A DNA stretch of 40,497 bases from Planctomycetota bacterium (GTDB taxonomy: Bacteria > Planctomycetota > PLA2 > JAEUHO01). The position numbers and the translations under genes are program-made. The stretch spans positions 1-40,497 of the forward strand of contig JBFWRP010000015.1 of the NCBI GenBank assembly GCA_050248855.1, read 5' to 3'. A model generated the notes under the pieces. It searched no databases, was not told where the DNA came from, and worked only from the letters and a program-made list of their open reading frames with translations. Position 1 is the first letter of the stretch, and every line of letters starts with the position of its first letter. Of this stretch, positions 1 through 11,141 are shown in pieces.

Positions 1-39
1 CTGCTGATCGGGCTCGTAGGGCCGGAAGTACGGTTGCAT
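1..39 (-). CDS. 5' end of putative IS1182-family transposase (partial)
   Basis: Reverse complement of 1-39 translates as MQPYFRPYEPDQQ and runs off the window; only 13 codons visible. Confidence 0.55.
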   Translation of the reverse strand, partial: MQPYFRPYEPDQQ

Positions 40-120
40 GCCCAATTTTGGACCGCACCTCGCCCAGGCCAAGGGAGAACTTCGCCAGAAACCCCGAGCG
101 CAGTTCTGTGGCGCAGACTC
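1..120 (-). mobile_element. Probable left end of an IS1182-family insertion sequence (truncated by window edge)
   Basis: On the minus strand CTAG (121-124) is followed by GAGTCTGCGCCACAGAAC (putative IRL), then an ORF from ATG at 39 encoding MQPYFRPYEPDQQ, which resembles the FRxYxPDQ N-terminus of IS1182 transposases. Confidence 0.6.
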
Positions 121-134
121 CTAGCCCAGGTGCG

Positions 135-1415
135 TCATGGGCGGACGGCGCGGAACACCCTCTGGCCGCGGACCCAGACGCTCGCCACGAGGTTCTGGCC
201 CAGGCGGTAGGGCAGATGCACGTGGCTCGGGGCGTCGAGCACGGTGAAGGTGGCGGGCCGGCCGACGGCCAACCGTCCGAAGCGCGCGTCTTGGCCGATG
301 GCGCAGGCGGCGTTGCGCGTGATCGCCGTGATCGTCTCGGCCGGCGTCATGCCCAACAGCGACGTGCCGAGCCCGGCGGCGAGCGCCAGGTTCGCCGTGG
401 GGCTCGTGCCGGGGTTGAGGTCGGTGGAGAGCGCCACGGCCACGCCCGCGTCGAGCAGGGCGCGCGCGTCGAGGCGATGCGCGAGCCCCGTGAACACGGC
501 GGCCGTCGGCAGCAGCACGGCGATCACGCCGGCCTTGGCCAAGGCCGCGCGACCCTCGGGCCCCGTCGCGTCGACGTGCTCGGCGCTGATGGCCCCGACC
601 TCGGCGGCCAGGAGCGCACCGCCGCCGTCGCGGAACTGGTCGGCGTGCACCTTCGGTACGAGGCCCAGGCGCCTGGCGGCGCGGAAGATGGTGCGCGCCT
701 CGTCTACCGTGAACGCGCCGCGCTCGACGAACACGTCGCAGAAGCGAGCCAGCTTGCGCTTGGCCACGAGCGGCAGCATGTCGTGCGTGACTTGCCGGAC
801 GTAGGCTGCGCGGTTGTCGGCGAAAGCCTTGGGCACCACGTGCGCGCCGAGGAACGTGCGCTCCACGTGGACGGCGTGGTTGCGGCCTGCTGCGCGGAGT
901 ACGTCGAGGCTCAAGATCTCGGTCTCGGGCGTCAGGCCGTAGCCGCTCTTGCCCTCCACGGCCACCACGCCGTGGGCCAGGAAGTCGTCCAATCGCCGGC
1001 GCGTCCCCGCGACCAGATCCGCGCGCGATGCCTCGCGCAGTGCCGCCGCCGAAGCATGGATGCCACCACCGGCGGCGAGGATCGCCTCGTAGTCCGCGCC
1101 CTCGCAGCGCATCGCGAACTCGTTCTCGCGCCAGCGCGCAAAAACCGGATGCGTGTGGCACTCCACGAAGCCCGGCAGCACCGTCATGCCCTGCAAGCGC
1201 ACGCGCTTCGGCGCCGTGAAGGCACGCGCGACCTCGGCGCTCGGGCCGAGCCCGACGATGCGTCCGCCGCGCACGGCGAGACCACCGCCCTCGATGACGC
1301 CGAGCTCGCGCGCGGCGCGGCCGGGAGCCGGCCCCGGCCGCCCGTCGTCCACGCACACGACCTCGGCCGCGTCGAGCAGCAGCAGGTCGGCCGGGCGGGT
1401 GCGGGCGCGCGCCAT
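135..1415 (-). CDS. hutI: Imidazolonepropionase
   Basis: Motifs PGFVECHTH, GADYEAILAAGGGI, EGKSGYGL, HADQF, STDLNPG; lies just downstream of hutU; start re-called at ATG 1415 (MARARTRP). Confidence 0.93.
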   Translation of the reverse strand: MARARTRPADLLLLDAAEVVCVDDGRPGPAPGRAARELGVIEGGGLAVRGGRIVGLGPSAEVARAFTAPKRVRLQGMTVLPGFVECHTHPVFARWRENEFAMRCEGADYEAILAAGGGIHASAAALREASRADLVAGTRRRLDDFLAHGVVAVEGKSGYGLTPETEILSLDVLRAAGRNHAVHVERTFLGAHVVPKAFADNRAAYVRQVTHDMLPLVAKRKLARFCDVFVERGAFTVDEARTIFRAARRLGLVPKVHADQFRDGGGALLAAEVGAISAEHVDATGPEGRAALAKAGVIAVLLPTAAVFTGLAHRLDARALLDAGVAVALSTDLNPGTSPTANLALAAGLGTSLLGMTPAETITAITRNAACAIGQDARFGRLAVGRPATFTVLDAPSHVHLPYRLGQNLVASVWVRGQRVFRAVRP

Positions 1416-1428
1416 CGACGCGGTACGG

Positions 1429-3150
<1,722 letters not shown>

Positions 3151-3183
3151 CGGACCTCCTACCCGCCCATGCTGCCCGAAGGG

Positions 3184-3206
3184 GGTCCTCGGGTCACCCG
3201 AGGACC
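3184..3206. repeat. Perfect 10-bp hairpin between efflux operon and hutU
   Basis: GGTCCTCGGG-TCA-CCCGAGGACC; no U-tract, so terminator function is uncertain. Confidence 0.5.
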
Positions 3207-3259
3207 GGGTCGGGCGGAGGTACGACCGGCGCCCCCGGACGTGCCGGAGGCGCGTGCGA

Positions 3260-4201
3260 TCAGTGCTTGTGGGGCACGAGCGTGAGCTTGGCCGTGAGCG
3301 GGCCGCCGTCGCCGGGGACCGTCACGACGGCCGGCGCCGAGAAGCCCGAGCCCTTCAGCCACGAGGCATCGGCGCCCGTCTCGCCGGGGAAGATGAAGTA
3401 GTTCGTCCGGCCGTCGCGGACCGTCGACTCGCCCTCTTCGTTGGCGTTCTCGTCCGTGTCGCGCACGCGGAGGCTGACGGTCTTCGCGTCCGCGCCCGAG
3501 CCGATCGCCACGGTGATCACCGTGTCCATGGGCAGGTCGAGCGGCTCGTGGCCGTCCGCGTCCTTGGTGAGCCACAGCTCGAGGTCGCCCGCGTCGTCGT
3601 GGAGCTTGAGCTCGATGTGGCCCGCCGCGGTGCCGGAGGCGTTCGTCAAGGCGGCCTTCACGCCCTCGCCGGCCGGGCCATGGTGGTGGTCGTGATCGTG
3701 GCCGTCGTGGTCATGGTCGCCGTGATCGTGATCGTGATCGTGCCCTGCATCGAGCTCGGGGTTGTAGGTGACGCCGCCGATCACGATGCGCAGCCGACCC
3801 TCGGGGTCGCCTGCGAAGGCGTCGTGCTGGAACAGCCACGCGTCCTTGCCGCTGCCGGGCTTGCCCTCGAGCTGGAGCGGCTGCCCGTCGTGGACGAGGT
3901 TCAGGAGCACCGGCTTGTCGGCGGCGATGGGCTTCAAGTCCGAGTCGCTGAGCCACACGACGAGGCTCTTGGCGTCGTGGTCGAGCACGACTTCGGCGTG
4001 GGCCTCGTGCGCGCCCAGCTCGAGCACGTGGCCGCCGTGCGCGCCCTCGTGATCGTGATCGTGGTCCATGGCGCCTTCATCGGGATGCTCCGACGGCACG
4101 CCGCCCGTGCCGGAGGGCGCAGGGGTCATCGGGTCGTCGCCGCCGCAGGCGGCCAAGGCGAACGCGAGGGTCACGGACAGGAACGGGATGACGCGGGACA
4201 T
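3260..4201 (-). CDS. His-rich periplasmic lipoprotein, putative metal-binding accessory of the efflux pump
   Basis: Lipobox LAAC; two (HD)n tracts; [11 protein letters not shown] motif; start lies 1 bp after the RND permease stop. Confidence 0.8.
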   Translation of the reverse strand: MSRVIPFLSVTLAFALAACGGDDPMTPAPSGTGGVPSEHPDEGAMDHDHDHEGAHGGHVLELGAHEAHAEVVLDHDAKSLVVWLSDSDLKPIAADKPVLLNLVHDGQPLQLEGKPGSGKDAWLFQHDAFAGDPEGRLRIVIGGVTYNPELDAGHDHDHDHGDHDHDGHDHDHHHGPAGEGVKAALTNASGTAAGHIELKLHDDAGDLELWLTKDADGHEPLDLPMDTVITVAIGSGADAKTVSLRVRDTDENANEEGESTVRDGRTNYFIFPGETGADASWLKGSGFSAPAVVTVPGDGGPLTAKLTLVPHKH

Positions 4202-4202
4202 G

Positions 4203-7200
4203 TCAGGCCTCCTCGGAGGGGGTCGTGGGGGAAGGGTGAGCCAGGGCGCCCGCGAGCGGGTCGTCGGAACGGCGAACCATCGCCTCCGCCGCGCGCCGGC
4301 CGAACAGGTGGAACACGCCGGGCGTGAGCAGGACGTCCAGCAGCGTACTCGTGAACAGGCCGCCCACGAGGACGGTTGCCACGGGATACAGGATCTCGCG
4401 GCCCGGCTCGTCCGGGGTGAGCAGTAGCGGGACCAGGGCGATGCCGCTGGTCAGCGCCGTCATCATGACGGGCACGATCCGCTCGCGGCCTGCGCGGATG
4501 ATCAGCTCGGGGCCGAAGGGTACGCCCTCCTCCCGGAGCAGGTGGAGATAGTGGTCGAGCAGCAGGATGCCATTGCGCGAAGCGATGCCGCCGAGCGCGA
4601 CGAAGCCCACCAGGGTGGCCACGGACAAGTCCTGACCGGTCCAGGCCAAGAGCGCCACGGCGCCGATGAAGGCGGCGGGGATGTTCAGCAACACCTGCAG
4701 GGCGAGGTTCAGGCTCCGGAAGTGGCCGTAGAGGAGCAAGCCCATCAAGGCCAGGGCCACGAAGCTCAGGAGCCGGATGGTCTTCTCCGCGGCCTCCTGC
4801 GCCTCGAACTGGCCGCTCAGGCGGATGTCGTAGCCGCTCGGCAGCGCTGCGCGGATGGGGGCAAGGGCCCGCTCCACGTCGGCGACCACGTCGGACAGCG
4901 CGCGTCCCTCGACGTTGTGCTGTACCACCAGGCGCCGTTGCAGCTGCTCGCGCTTGACGTCGCTCGGCGTAAGGCCGCGGTGCACATCGGCCACGTCGGC
5001 CAGGCGAACGATCGAGTCGTCCGCGCCCCGCAGCTGCAAGTCGGCGATGCGCTCGAGGCTCTCGCGATCTTGCGGTCGCAACCGCAGCACGATGGGGTAG
5101 GAGAAAGCGCCTTGGAGCAAGTAGCTGACCTTCTCGCCTTCCAGCGCCAGCTCCACGGTCTCGGCCACGTCGTCCACGGACAGGCCCTCGTCGGCGAGTC
5201 GCTCGCGGTACGGCACGACCTCGACGCGCGGAACGAGCGTCTGCGGCTCGACGAACAGGTCCGTCACGCCGGGAACGCCCTGGACCGCGGCCTCCACCTC
5301 CTTGCCGAGCCGTCGGAGCGTCGGCAGGTCCGTGCCCGTGATCTTGATGGCGACCTGGGCTGTCACGCCCGACAGCAGGTGCGAGAGCAGGTGGGCCAGG
5401 GGCTGCTCGGTCTCGGTGGGCAGGCCCGGGAAGGCCTCGCTGACGTGCGCGCGGATGTCGGCGAGGATGTCCGCCCGGTTGCGCGGGGTCGCGGGGTCGA
5501 ACGTCACGATCATCTCCGTCATGGAGACGTCCATCGCGTGCTCGTCGCCCTCGGCGCGGCCCGTGCGGCGGCCCACGTGCGCCACCCCCGGCACGCCCAT
5601 GACGACCTCTTCGAGCTTGCGCCCCCAGGCGGAGGCCGTCTCCAGCGAGGTCCCGGGCGGGAGCATCAGGTTGACCTGCGCGCTGCCCTCGTCGAAGGCA
5701 GGCAGGAAGTTGGAGCCGCGGGTGAACAGCCAGCCGAGGCCGAACAGGACGAACCCGCCGAGCGCCACGGCGATCCAGCGCGGGTGGGCCAGGCTGAAAC
5801 GGATGCCCTTCTCGGCGCCGGCCATGAGGCCACGGACCAGCGGACCCTCCTTGCGCGCCCGCCGGCGCGCCGTTGCCGGAAGCAGCAACGAGCACAACAC
5901 GGGGGTCACCGTCAGCGCGACGAGCAGCGAGGCGAGCACGCTCACGATGTAGGCCAGCGCGATGGGGCGGAAGAGGCGGCCCTCCATCCCGTCCAGCGCG
6001 AAGAGCGGGAGGTACACCACGATCACGATCAGCGTGCCCACCAAGATCGGCTTGCGGACTTCGCGCGAGGCCTCGAGCACCACGCGCAGCGGATGCACGC
6101 CCGTTTCGTCGCGCCACGCTTGGCGTAGTCGTCGGAACACGTTCTCGACGTCGACGATCGCGTCGTCGACCAGGGCCCCGATCGCCACGGCCAAGCCGCC
6201 GAGCGTCATCGTGTTGATGGAGAGACCCGCCGAGGCGAACACGAGGGCCGTGATGGCGATCGACAGCGGGATGGCCGTGAGCGTGATGAACGTGGTCCTC
6301 AAGTCGAGCAGGAAGAGCGCCAGCACGATCAGGACCAGCCAAGCGCCGTCCTTGACGGCGTCACCGACGTTGTGCACGGCGCGCTCGATGAACGTGGCCT
6401 GCCGGAACACGTCCGGCACGAGCCGCATGCCCTCGGGCAGCGTGGCCCCGAGGCGCCCCAACTCGGCCTCGACGTCCCTCGTGACCGCCAGCGTGTCCAT
6501 CGTGGGCTGCTTGAGGACGATGATGAGCGCGCCCTCTTGGGCGTCGACGCCGGCATCGCCCACGCGCACGGCAGCCGGTCCGAAGCGCACGCGCGCCACG
6601 TCCCGGATGCGCACGGCCCGGCCGGGCTCCTGGCGCACGACCGCGGCACCGATGTTGGCGGCGTCCTCGACGAGGCCCAGCACGCTGATCATCGGCGCCT
6701 CGCTGCCGACGGAGAGGAGCCCGCCGGAGCCCAGGCGGTTGGCCTTGCGGATGGCCTCGGCCACCTCGGCCAGCGTCACGGCCTCGGCCTGCAGGAGGTC
6801 GGCGTCGACCTCCACCTGCAGCTGGCGCGGCGCGCCGCCCGTGGTGAGCACCTGCGAGACGCCGTTCACGCCCAGCAGGGCCGGGACGATCACCTGGTCG
6901 GCGTGCGCGCGCAGCTCGTCCACGCTGCGCGCGTTGCCATCGCTGGTGAGGCCCGCGATCAGGATCTGGCCCAGCAAGCTGCTGAGCGGCGCGAGGGTGG
7001 GCTCGACGCCGGCGGGCAAGCGCGCCCGTGCGATGTCGAGCTTCTCCTGCACCAGCTGGCGAGCGCGGTAGATCTCGGCGTTCCAGGCCAGCTCGATGTT
7101 GACCACGGACATGCCCATGCCGCTGCTGGACCGCACGCGGGTGACGCCCGCGACGCCATTGACCGCCTGTTCGATGGGCCACGTGACCTGGCGCTCGATG

Positions 7201-7379
7201 TCCTCGGGCGCCATGTCGTGCACCTCGGTCATGACCGTGACCGTGGGGCGGTTCAAGTCGGGCAGGACGTCGATCGGCAGCCGCGCGGCCGTCAGGAGGC
7301 CGTAGATGGCCACGCCGAGCGCGGCCACGACCACGAGGAGCCGGTGTTCCAGGCTGAACTTGATGATGCGGTCGAGCAT
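4203..7379 (-). CDS. CusA/CzcA-family heavy-metal efflux RND permease
   Basis: 1058 aa; LPIDVLPDLNRPTVTV, AIGALVDDAIVDVEN (TM4), GIASRNGILL, RIVPVMMTALT motifs. Confidence 0.95.
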   Translation of the reverse strand: MLDRIIKFSLEHRLLVVVAALGVAIYGLLTAARLPIDVLPDLNRPTVTVMTEVHDMAPEDIERQVTWPIEQAVNGVAGVTRVRSSSGMGMSVVNIELAWNAEIYRARQLVQEKLDIARARLPAGVEPTLAPLSSLLGQILIAGLTSDGNARSVDELRAHADQVIVPALLGVNGVSQVLTTGGAPRQLQVEVDADLLQAEAVTLAEVAEAIRKANRLGSGGLLSVGSEAPMISVLGLVEDAANIGAAVVRQEPGRAVRIRDVARVRFGPAAVRVGDAGVDAQEGALIIVLKQPTMDTLAVTRDVEAELGRLGATLPEGMRLVPDVFRQATFIERAVHNVGDAVKDGAWLVLIVLALFLLDLRTTFITLTAIPLSIAITALVFASAGLSINTMTLGGLAVAIGALVDDAIVDVENVFRRLRQAWRDETGVHPLRVVLEASREVRKPILVGTLIVIVVYLPLFALDGMEGRLFRPIALAYIVSVLASLLVALTVTPVLCSLLLPATARRRARKEGPLVRGLMAGAEKGIRFSLAHPRWIAVALGGFVLFGLGWLFTRGSNFLPAFDEGSAQVNLMLPPGTSLETASAWGRKLEEVVMGVPGVAHVGRRTGRAEGDEHAMDVSMTEMIVTFDPATPRNRADILADIRAHVSEAFPGLPTETEQPLAHLLSHLLSGVTAQVAIKITGTDLPTLRRLGKEVEAAVQGVPGVTDLFVEPQTLVPRVEVVPYRERLADEGLSVDDVAETVELALEGEKVSYLLQGAFSYPIVLRLRPQDRESLERIADLQLRGADDSIVRLADVADVHRGLTPSDVKREQLQRRLVVQHNVEGRALSDVVADVERALAPIRAALPSGYDIRLSGQFEAQEAAEKTIRLLSFVALALMGLLLYGHFRSLNLALQVLLNIPAAFIGAVALLAWTGQDLSVATLVGFVALGGIASRNGILLLDHYLHLLREEGVPFGPELIIRAGRERIVPVMMTALTSGIALVPLLLTPDEPGREILYPVATVLVGGLFTSTLLDVLLTPGVFHLFGRRAAEAMVRRSDDPLAGALAHPSPTTPSEEA

Positions 7380-7390
7380 GAGGTGGCGTC

Positions 7391-9079
7391 CTAGTGGCTA
7401 TGGCCGTGGTGCGCGTGACCACCACCGCCGCCGCTCTCGGCCTGTTGCAGCGCCAGGGACAGCGCGAAGGCGCCGTCCACGACCACGTCGTCGCCCGGGA
7501 AGATCGAGCCGTCGTAGGCGATGGCGACTTCGCGCGGGTTCTCCTGCAGGAGACGGACGGGCACGCGGCGGAAGCCCGGCCCGTCGGTCAAGAGCACCTG
7601 CGTGGTGCCGGCTTCGCGCACGATCGCGGTCCGTGGCAGGACGAACGCGTCCACGGGGGCGGCCGTGGGCACCTTGACGCGGTAACGCAGCCCTGCTTGG
7701 AGGCGCCACGTGCGGGCCCGGGTGTCGCCGTTCACGCGCGCGGCTTCGTTCTGGACCGGCAGGTCGGCCACGCTGCGCTCGGTGCCACCGTCCACGCGCG
7801 GGTGGATGCGGAGGATCGAGAGGCCCGAGAAGGTCGGCCCCGTCCCTGCGACCAAGGGCACGGCGCCCAGCTTCGCGCCCGAGGCCAAGGCTCGGGTCAG
7901 GCTCGCCAGCTGGCGACCGATGGGCAGCGCCCGGATCCACATCGCCGCCCCGCGATAGAGGCTGACGGCCTCTTGGCCGGCGGCCACCCGATCGCCCGCA
8001 CGCACGTGGAGCTGCTCCACGTCGTAGCCGGGAGCTTCGCCGGACTCCGGCGTGCAGTCCGCACACGGCACGCGCAGCGCCCACGTGGGCTCCAGCAGGC
8101 CGTCGCGGGCCCACGCCGTCACGGTCGGACGCGGCGTGCCGGAGAGCAGCAGGGCGATCACCTCGGCGAGGTGGGCCGCCATGGCCGGCGTCGCCCGCAC
8201 GTCGTCGACGAGGGCCTCGTCGAGCAGCCCGGCGGCGTGCAGCTCCCCAAGGCCCGGCACCACCCACGCCCGATCGCGACGCGATGCGGGGAGCAGGTCA
8301 CGCAGCGCATCGGCGTGCTCGTCCCACCAGCCCTGGCGGCGCAGCACGCGCTCCCACAAGAGGGGCTGCGGCGGTGGGGTGGTGCCCGCAGCGACCTGGT
8401 CGATCTCCACGTCCGTGAGGCCGTGATGCTCGAGCTCGTGCTCGGCGTTGGCCACGGCCCGCTCCGCGCGCTCGATCTCGTAGAGCGACTCACGCTGCTG
8501 CGCCGCGGGCACGACGCCATCGGCCGTCAACGTGGCCAGCCGCTCGCGCTCGCGGCGCGCGATCGCCAGCCTCGTCGTGGCCTCGCGGAGCGCGCCGACG
8601 GCGGCATGCACCTCTTCGCCCAGCGGCGTGAGGAGCTCCCCCGTGCGGTCCCGCGTGAAGGGCGGGATCGCCTCACGCACGACGGTCAACAGCGGCGTCT
8701 CGGGGAGGACGTGATCGCCGGTCTGGACATGCACCTCCTGCACGACGCCGCCGAAGGGCAGGCGGACCACGCGGTGGTTCTCGGGGCGGTCCGCGACGAC
8801 CGCGGGGATGTCCTCCGTCGCCGTGAAGGGCGCCAGCTGGATCGGCTGCACCACGACGCCGAGGGCACGCAGGGCCGCGGCGTCGATGGTGCCCGCAGCC
8901 TCGACCCCGTGGTCGTGGCCCGCATGGGGATCGGCCTCCCCGCCGCCGTGGCCGTGGCCATGGGCATCGCCACCCACCGCTTGGCGCGCTTCCACGTCGC
9001 CTCGGAGCCACCAACCGCCGAAGAGCCCACCCGCGACGAGGAGGACCCCGCCGAGGATCACTGCCACGTCCCGGATCAT
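7391..9079 (-). CDS. RND periplasmic adaptor (CzcB/CusB-like) with His-rich segments
   Basis: Start re-called at ATG 9079 (MIRDVAV, overlapping the TolC-family stop); N-terminal TM; biotinyl-like GVVQEVHVQTGDHV; C-terminal GDDVVVDGAF..HAHHGHSH. Confidence 0.85.
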   Translation of the reverse strand: MIRDVAVILGGVLLVAGGLFGGWWLRGDVEARQAVGGDAHGHGHGGGEADPHAGHDHGVEAAGTIDAAALRALGVVVQPIQLAPFTATEDIPAVVADRPENHRVVRLPFGGVVQEVHVQTGDHVLPETPLLTVVREAIPPFTRDRTGELLTPLGEEVHAAVGALREATTRLAIARRERERLATLTADGVVPAAQQRESLYEIERAERAVANAEHELEHHGLTDVEIDQVAAGTTPPPQPLLWERVLRRQGWWDEHADALRDLLPASRRDRAWVVPGLGELHAAGLLDEALVDDVRATPAMAAHLAEVIALLLSGTPRPTVTAWARDGLLEPTWALRVPCADCTPESGEAPGYDVEQLHVRAGDRVAAGQEAVSLYRGAAMWIRALPIGRQLASLTRALASGAKLGAVPLVAGTGPTFSGLSILRIHPRVDGGTERSVADLPVQNEAARVNGDTRARTWRLQAGLRYRVKVPTAAPVDAFVLPRTAIVREAGTTQVLLTDGPGFRRVPVRLLQENPREVAIAYDGSIFPGDDVVVDGAFALSLALQQAESGGGGGHAHHGHSH

Positions 9080-10551
9080 CGCTCCACCTCCTTGCCGTCG
9101 TCCTCGCTGCCGTCCTGCAACAGGGCAGGGGGTTGCGCCGCTGGCCGTTCCGCCGGCGCCTCCGCCAGGTGCCAGCCCAGCAGCGGCGCGCCGTACGCCG
9201 TCTCCAGGTCGCGCCAGGCCTCGAGCACCTGGGCCTCTGCGTCCACGCGCTCCAGCGCCAGCTCTTGCTCGGCACGCAGCGCTTCCAGGTGCGTGAGCGC
9301 GTCGACCGTGCCCGCCTCGCGTCGCGCTTCGCTCGCCGCGACCAGCGCGCCGACCGCGGGCGCCAGCTCGTCGTCCAGACGTGCTGCGCGCGCTCGGGCC
9401 GCCTCGAGTCGGCGCCACGCCGTCTCGAGCTCGCCCAAGGCCGTGCCCAAGACGCCATCGAGCTCGGCGCGCAGCGCGTTGCGCTCGGCGCAGGCGGCGG
9501 CCACGCCCACCTGGTTCTGGTCCCAGAGCGGGACCTCGAACGAGGGGATCAAGCCGAAGCGGTCCTCGGACTCGTCGTGCTCGAGGCTCGACTCGATCTC
9601 GAGGTCGGGGAGGCCGCGGGCCACTTCGGCGCGCAGGCGGCGCTCGGCGTGTTCGTAGCGCGTGACGAGCACGGCCACTTCGGCTCGGCTGCGGGCGAGG
9701 CCGCGCTCGAGGGCCGCGAGCTCGGGCCGGGTCGGCGCCGTCTCCGGCTGCGGCAGCAGCGCACGCTCCAGGGCCGTTGCGGTGAGACCCAGGCGCACGG
9801 CGAACGCTTCGCGCGCCGCGCGCGCCTCGTCATGCGCCAGGTTGCGCGCACGCCGGGCGCGGGCGGCTTCGACGTCGAGCACGGCCACGGAGAACGCGTC
9901 CGCCTCGCCCGCGTCCGCAGCGCGACGCGCGAGCGCCAGCCGGGCGTCGGCCGCGAGCGCGGCCTCGGCGCGCGCGGCGGCCCGGCGTTCGGCGGTGTGG
10001 GTGTCCACGAGCGCCGCGCAGGCCTCGAGCCAGGCGGCTCGCTCCGTGGCGGCGGCCTCGACCAAGCCGATGTCGGCCTCCGCGCGTCGGGCACGGTCGT
10101 CCAGCTGGCGGGTGGGAGCCAGGGGGACCGCCCAACCCAGGGCGGCTTCCACGCCCCATGCGGCGCTCTCCAGGATGTCGACGCCCCCGAAGAGGAACGG
10201 TCCCAGGGAGACCGTGGGGTTGCGCGGACGACTCGCGACCGCGGCGCCGCGTCGTCGGGCCGTGGCGGCCGCGCGGGCTGCACGAACGCCCGGGTGGTGG
10301 GCGCGGAACAGGTCCTTGAGCGCCGCGACCGATAGCGGGCCCTCGGGCACCGGATGCGCGGCGCGCTCCGCGGCCAGCACGTCGAGCCGCCGCTGCGGCT
10401 CCAAGGGTCGGGGTGCGGGCCCCGCCGAGCGGCAGGCGCCGAGGGCGAGGACCGCCGTGAGGGCTGCCGAGGTGCGCAGCCGGGAGGGGATGAGGACAGG
10501 GGACGGGGACACGGGACGACTCCGCTCGCCGGGACCGGCAGGAGGCGCCAC
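9076..10551 (-). CDS. TolC-family outer-membrane efflux protein (CzcC-like), lipoprotein
   Basis: LGAC lipobox; RNPTVSL and LPDLEI repeats, VPLWDQNQ motif; first gene of the CBA triad; start uncertain (10551 or 10512). Confidence 0.85.
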   Translation of the reverse strand: MAPPAGPGERSRPVSPSPVLIPSRLRTSAALTAVLALGACRSAGPAPRPLEPQRRLDVLAAERAAHPVPEGPLSVAALKDLFRAHHPGVRAARAAATARRRGAAVASRPRNPTVSLGPFLFGGVDILESAAWGVEAALGWAVPLAPTRQLDDRARRAEADIGLVEAAATERAAWLEACAALVDTHTAERRAAARAEAALAADARLALARRAADAGEADAFSVAVLDVEAARARRARNLAHDEARAAREAFAVRLGLTATALERALLPQPETAPTRPELAALERGLARSRAEVAVLVTRYEHAERRLRAEVARGLPDLEIESSLEHDESEDRFGLIPSFEVPLWDQNQVGVAAACAERNALRAELDGVLGTALGELETAWRRLEAARARAARLDDELAPAVGALVAASEARREAGTVDALTHLEALRAEQELALERVDAEAQVLEAWRDLETAYGAPLLGWHLAEAPAERPAAQPPALLQDGSEDDGKEVER

Positions 10552-10635
10552 ATGGCGAGAGGACCCGCGCGAGGACGGGTGGGGTGGCGCCCGCAGCTCG
10601 GGCCGGTCGTGGCATGCACGACCAGCCCGGCGCGG

Positions 10636-11091
10636 TCAGCGCCGAAGGACGTCCTGTCCGGGGGCTACGGCCCTTGGCGGCGGATCGTGCTCCGCGTGCG
10701 CGAAGACCGCGTCGGGGCCGGCCGGCGGCGGCGTGGCCGCGAGGATCGGGGCCCCGAACGCGGGGGGGAGCGCAGCCGGCGGGGCCCAAGCAGCACCAGC
10801 CACCCAGGCCTCGGCCATGTGCACGTGCAGCTCGCAGCCGCAGGGAACGTCGGTCTGCGTCGGCCCGTCGGCCTTACCGCCCAGCTCGGCCGCTTCCCGT
10901 CGATCCGCACGATCGTGATCGTGCCCGTGATGGTGCCCGTGATCGTGGTGGTCGTGCCCGCAGGGGTCGGCCCAGGCCCGGCCGAGGTGCACGTGGTCGT
11001 CGTGCACGCACGCCAGCAGCGGTGCCTGGACCAGGAGCATGGCCAGCAGCGCGGCCGCGGAGGCCAAGACGGAGGGACGGGACCGGGACAC
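10636..11091 (-). CDS. Small His/Cys-rich hypothetical protein upstream of the CBA operon
   Basis: Hydrophobic N-terminus, HDHHDHGHHHGHDHD tract, CxC..HxH, Pro-rich tail ending VLRR; typical position for efflux-associated small genes. Confidence 0.65.
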   Translation of the reverse strand: MSRSRPSVLASAAALLAMLLVQAPLLACVHDDHVHLGRAWADPCGHDHHDHGHHHGHDHDRADRREAAELGGKADGPTQTDVPCGCELHVHMAEAWVAGAAWAPPAALPPAFGAPILAATPPPAGPDAVFAHAEHDPPPRAVAPGQDVLRR

Positions 11092-11141
11092 GCGGCGGGG
11101 GGCTCCGGACGGCGGGGTACAGCGGTGCGAGGATACCGGCC

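Noticed and set aside
3680..3745. GTGATC tandem repeats (also near 4050 and 10910-10955)
   Set aside because: They simply encode His-Asp tracts; not CRISPR or phase-variation repeats
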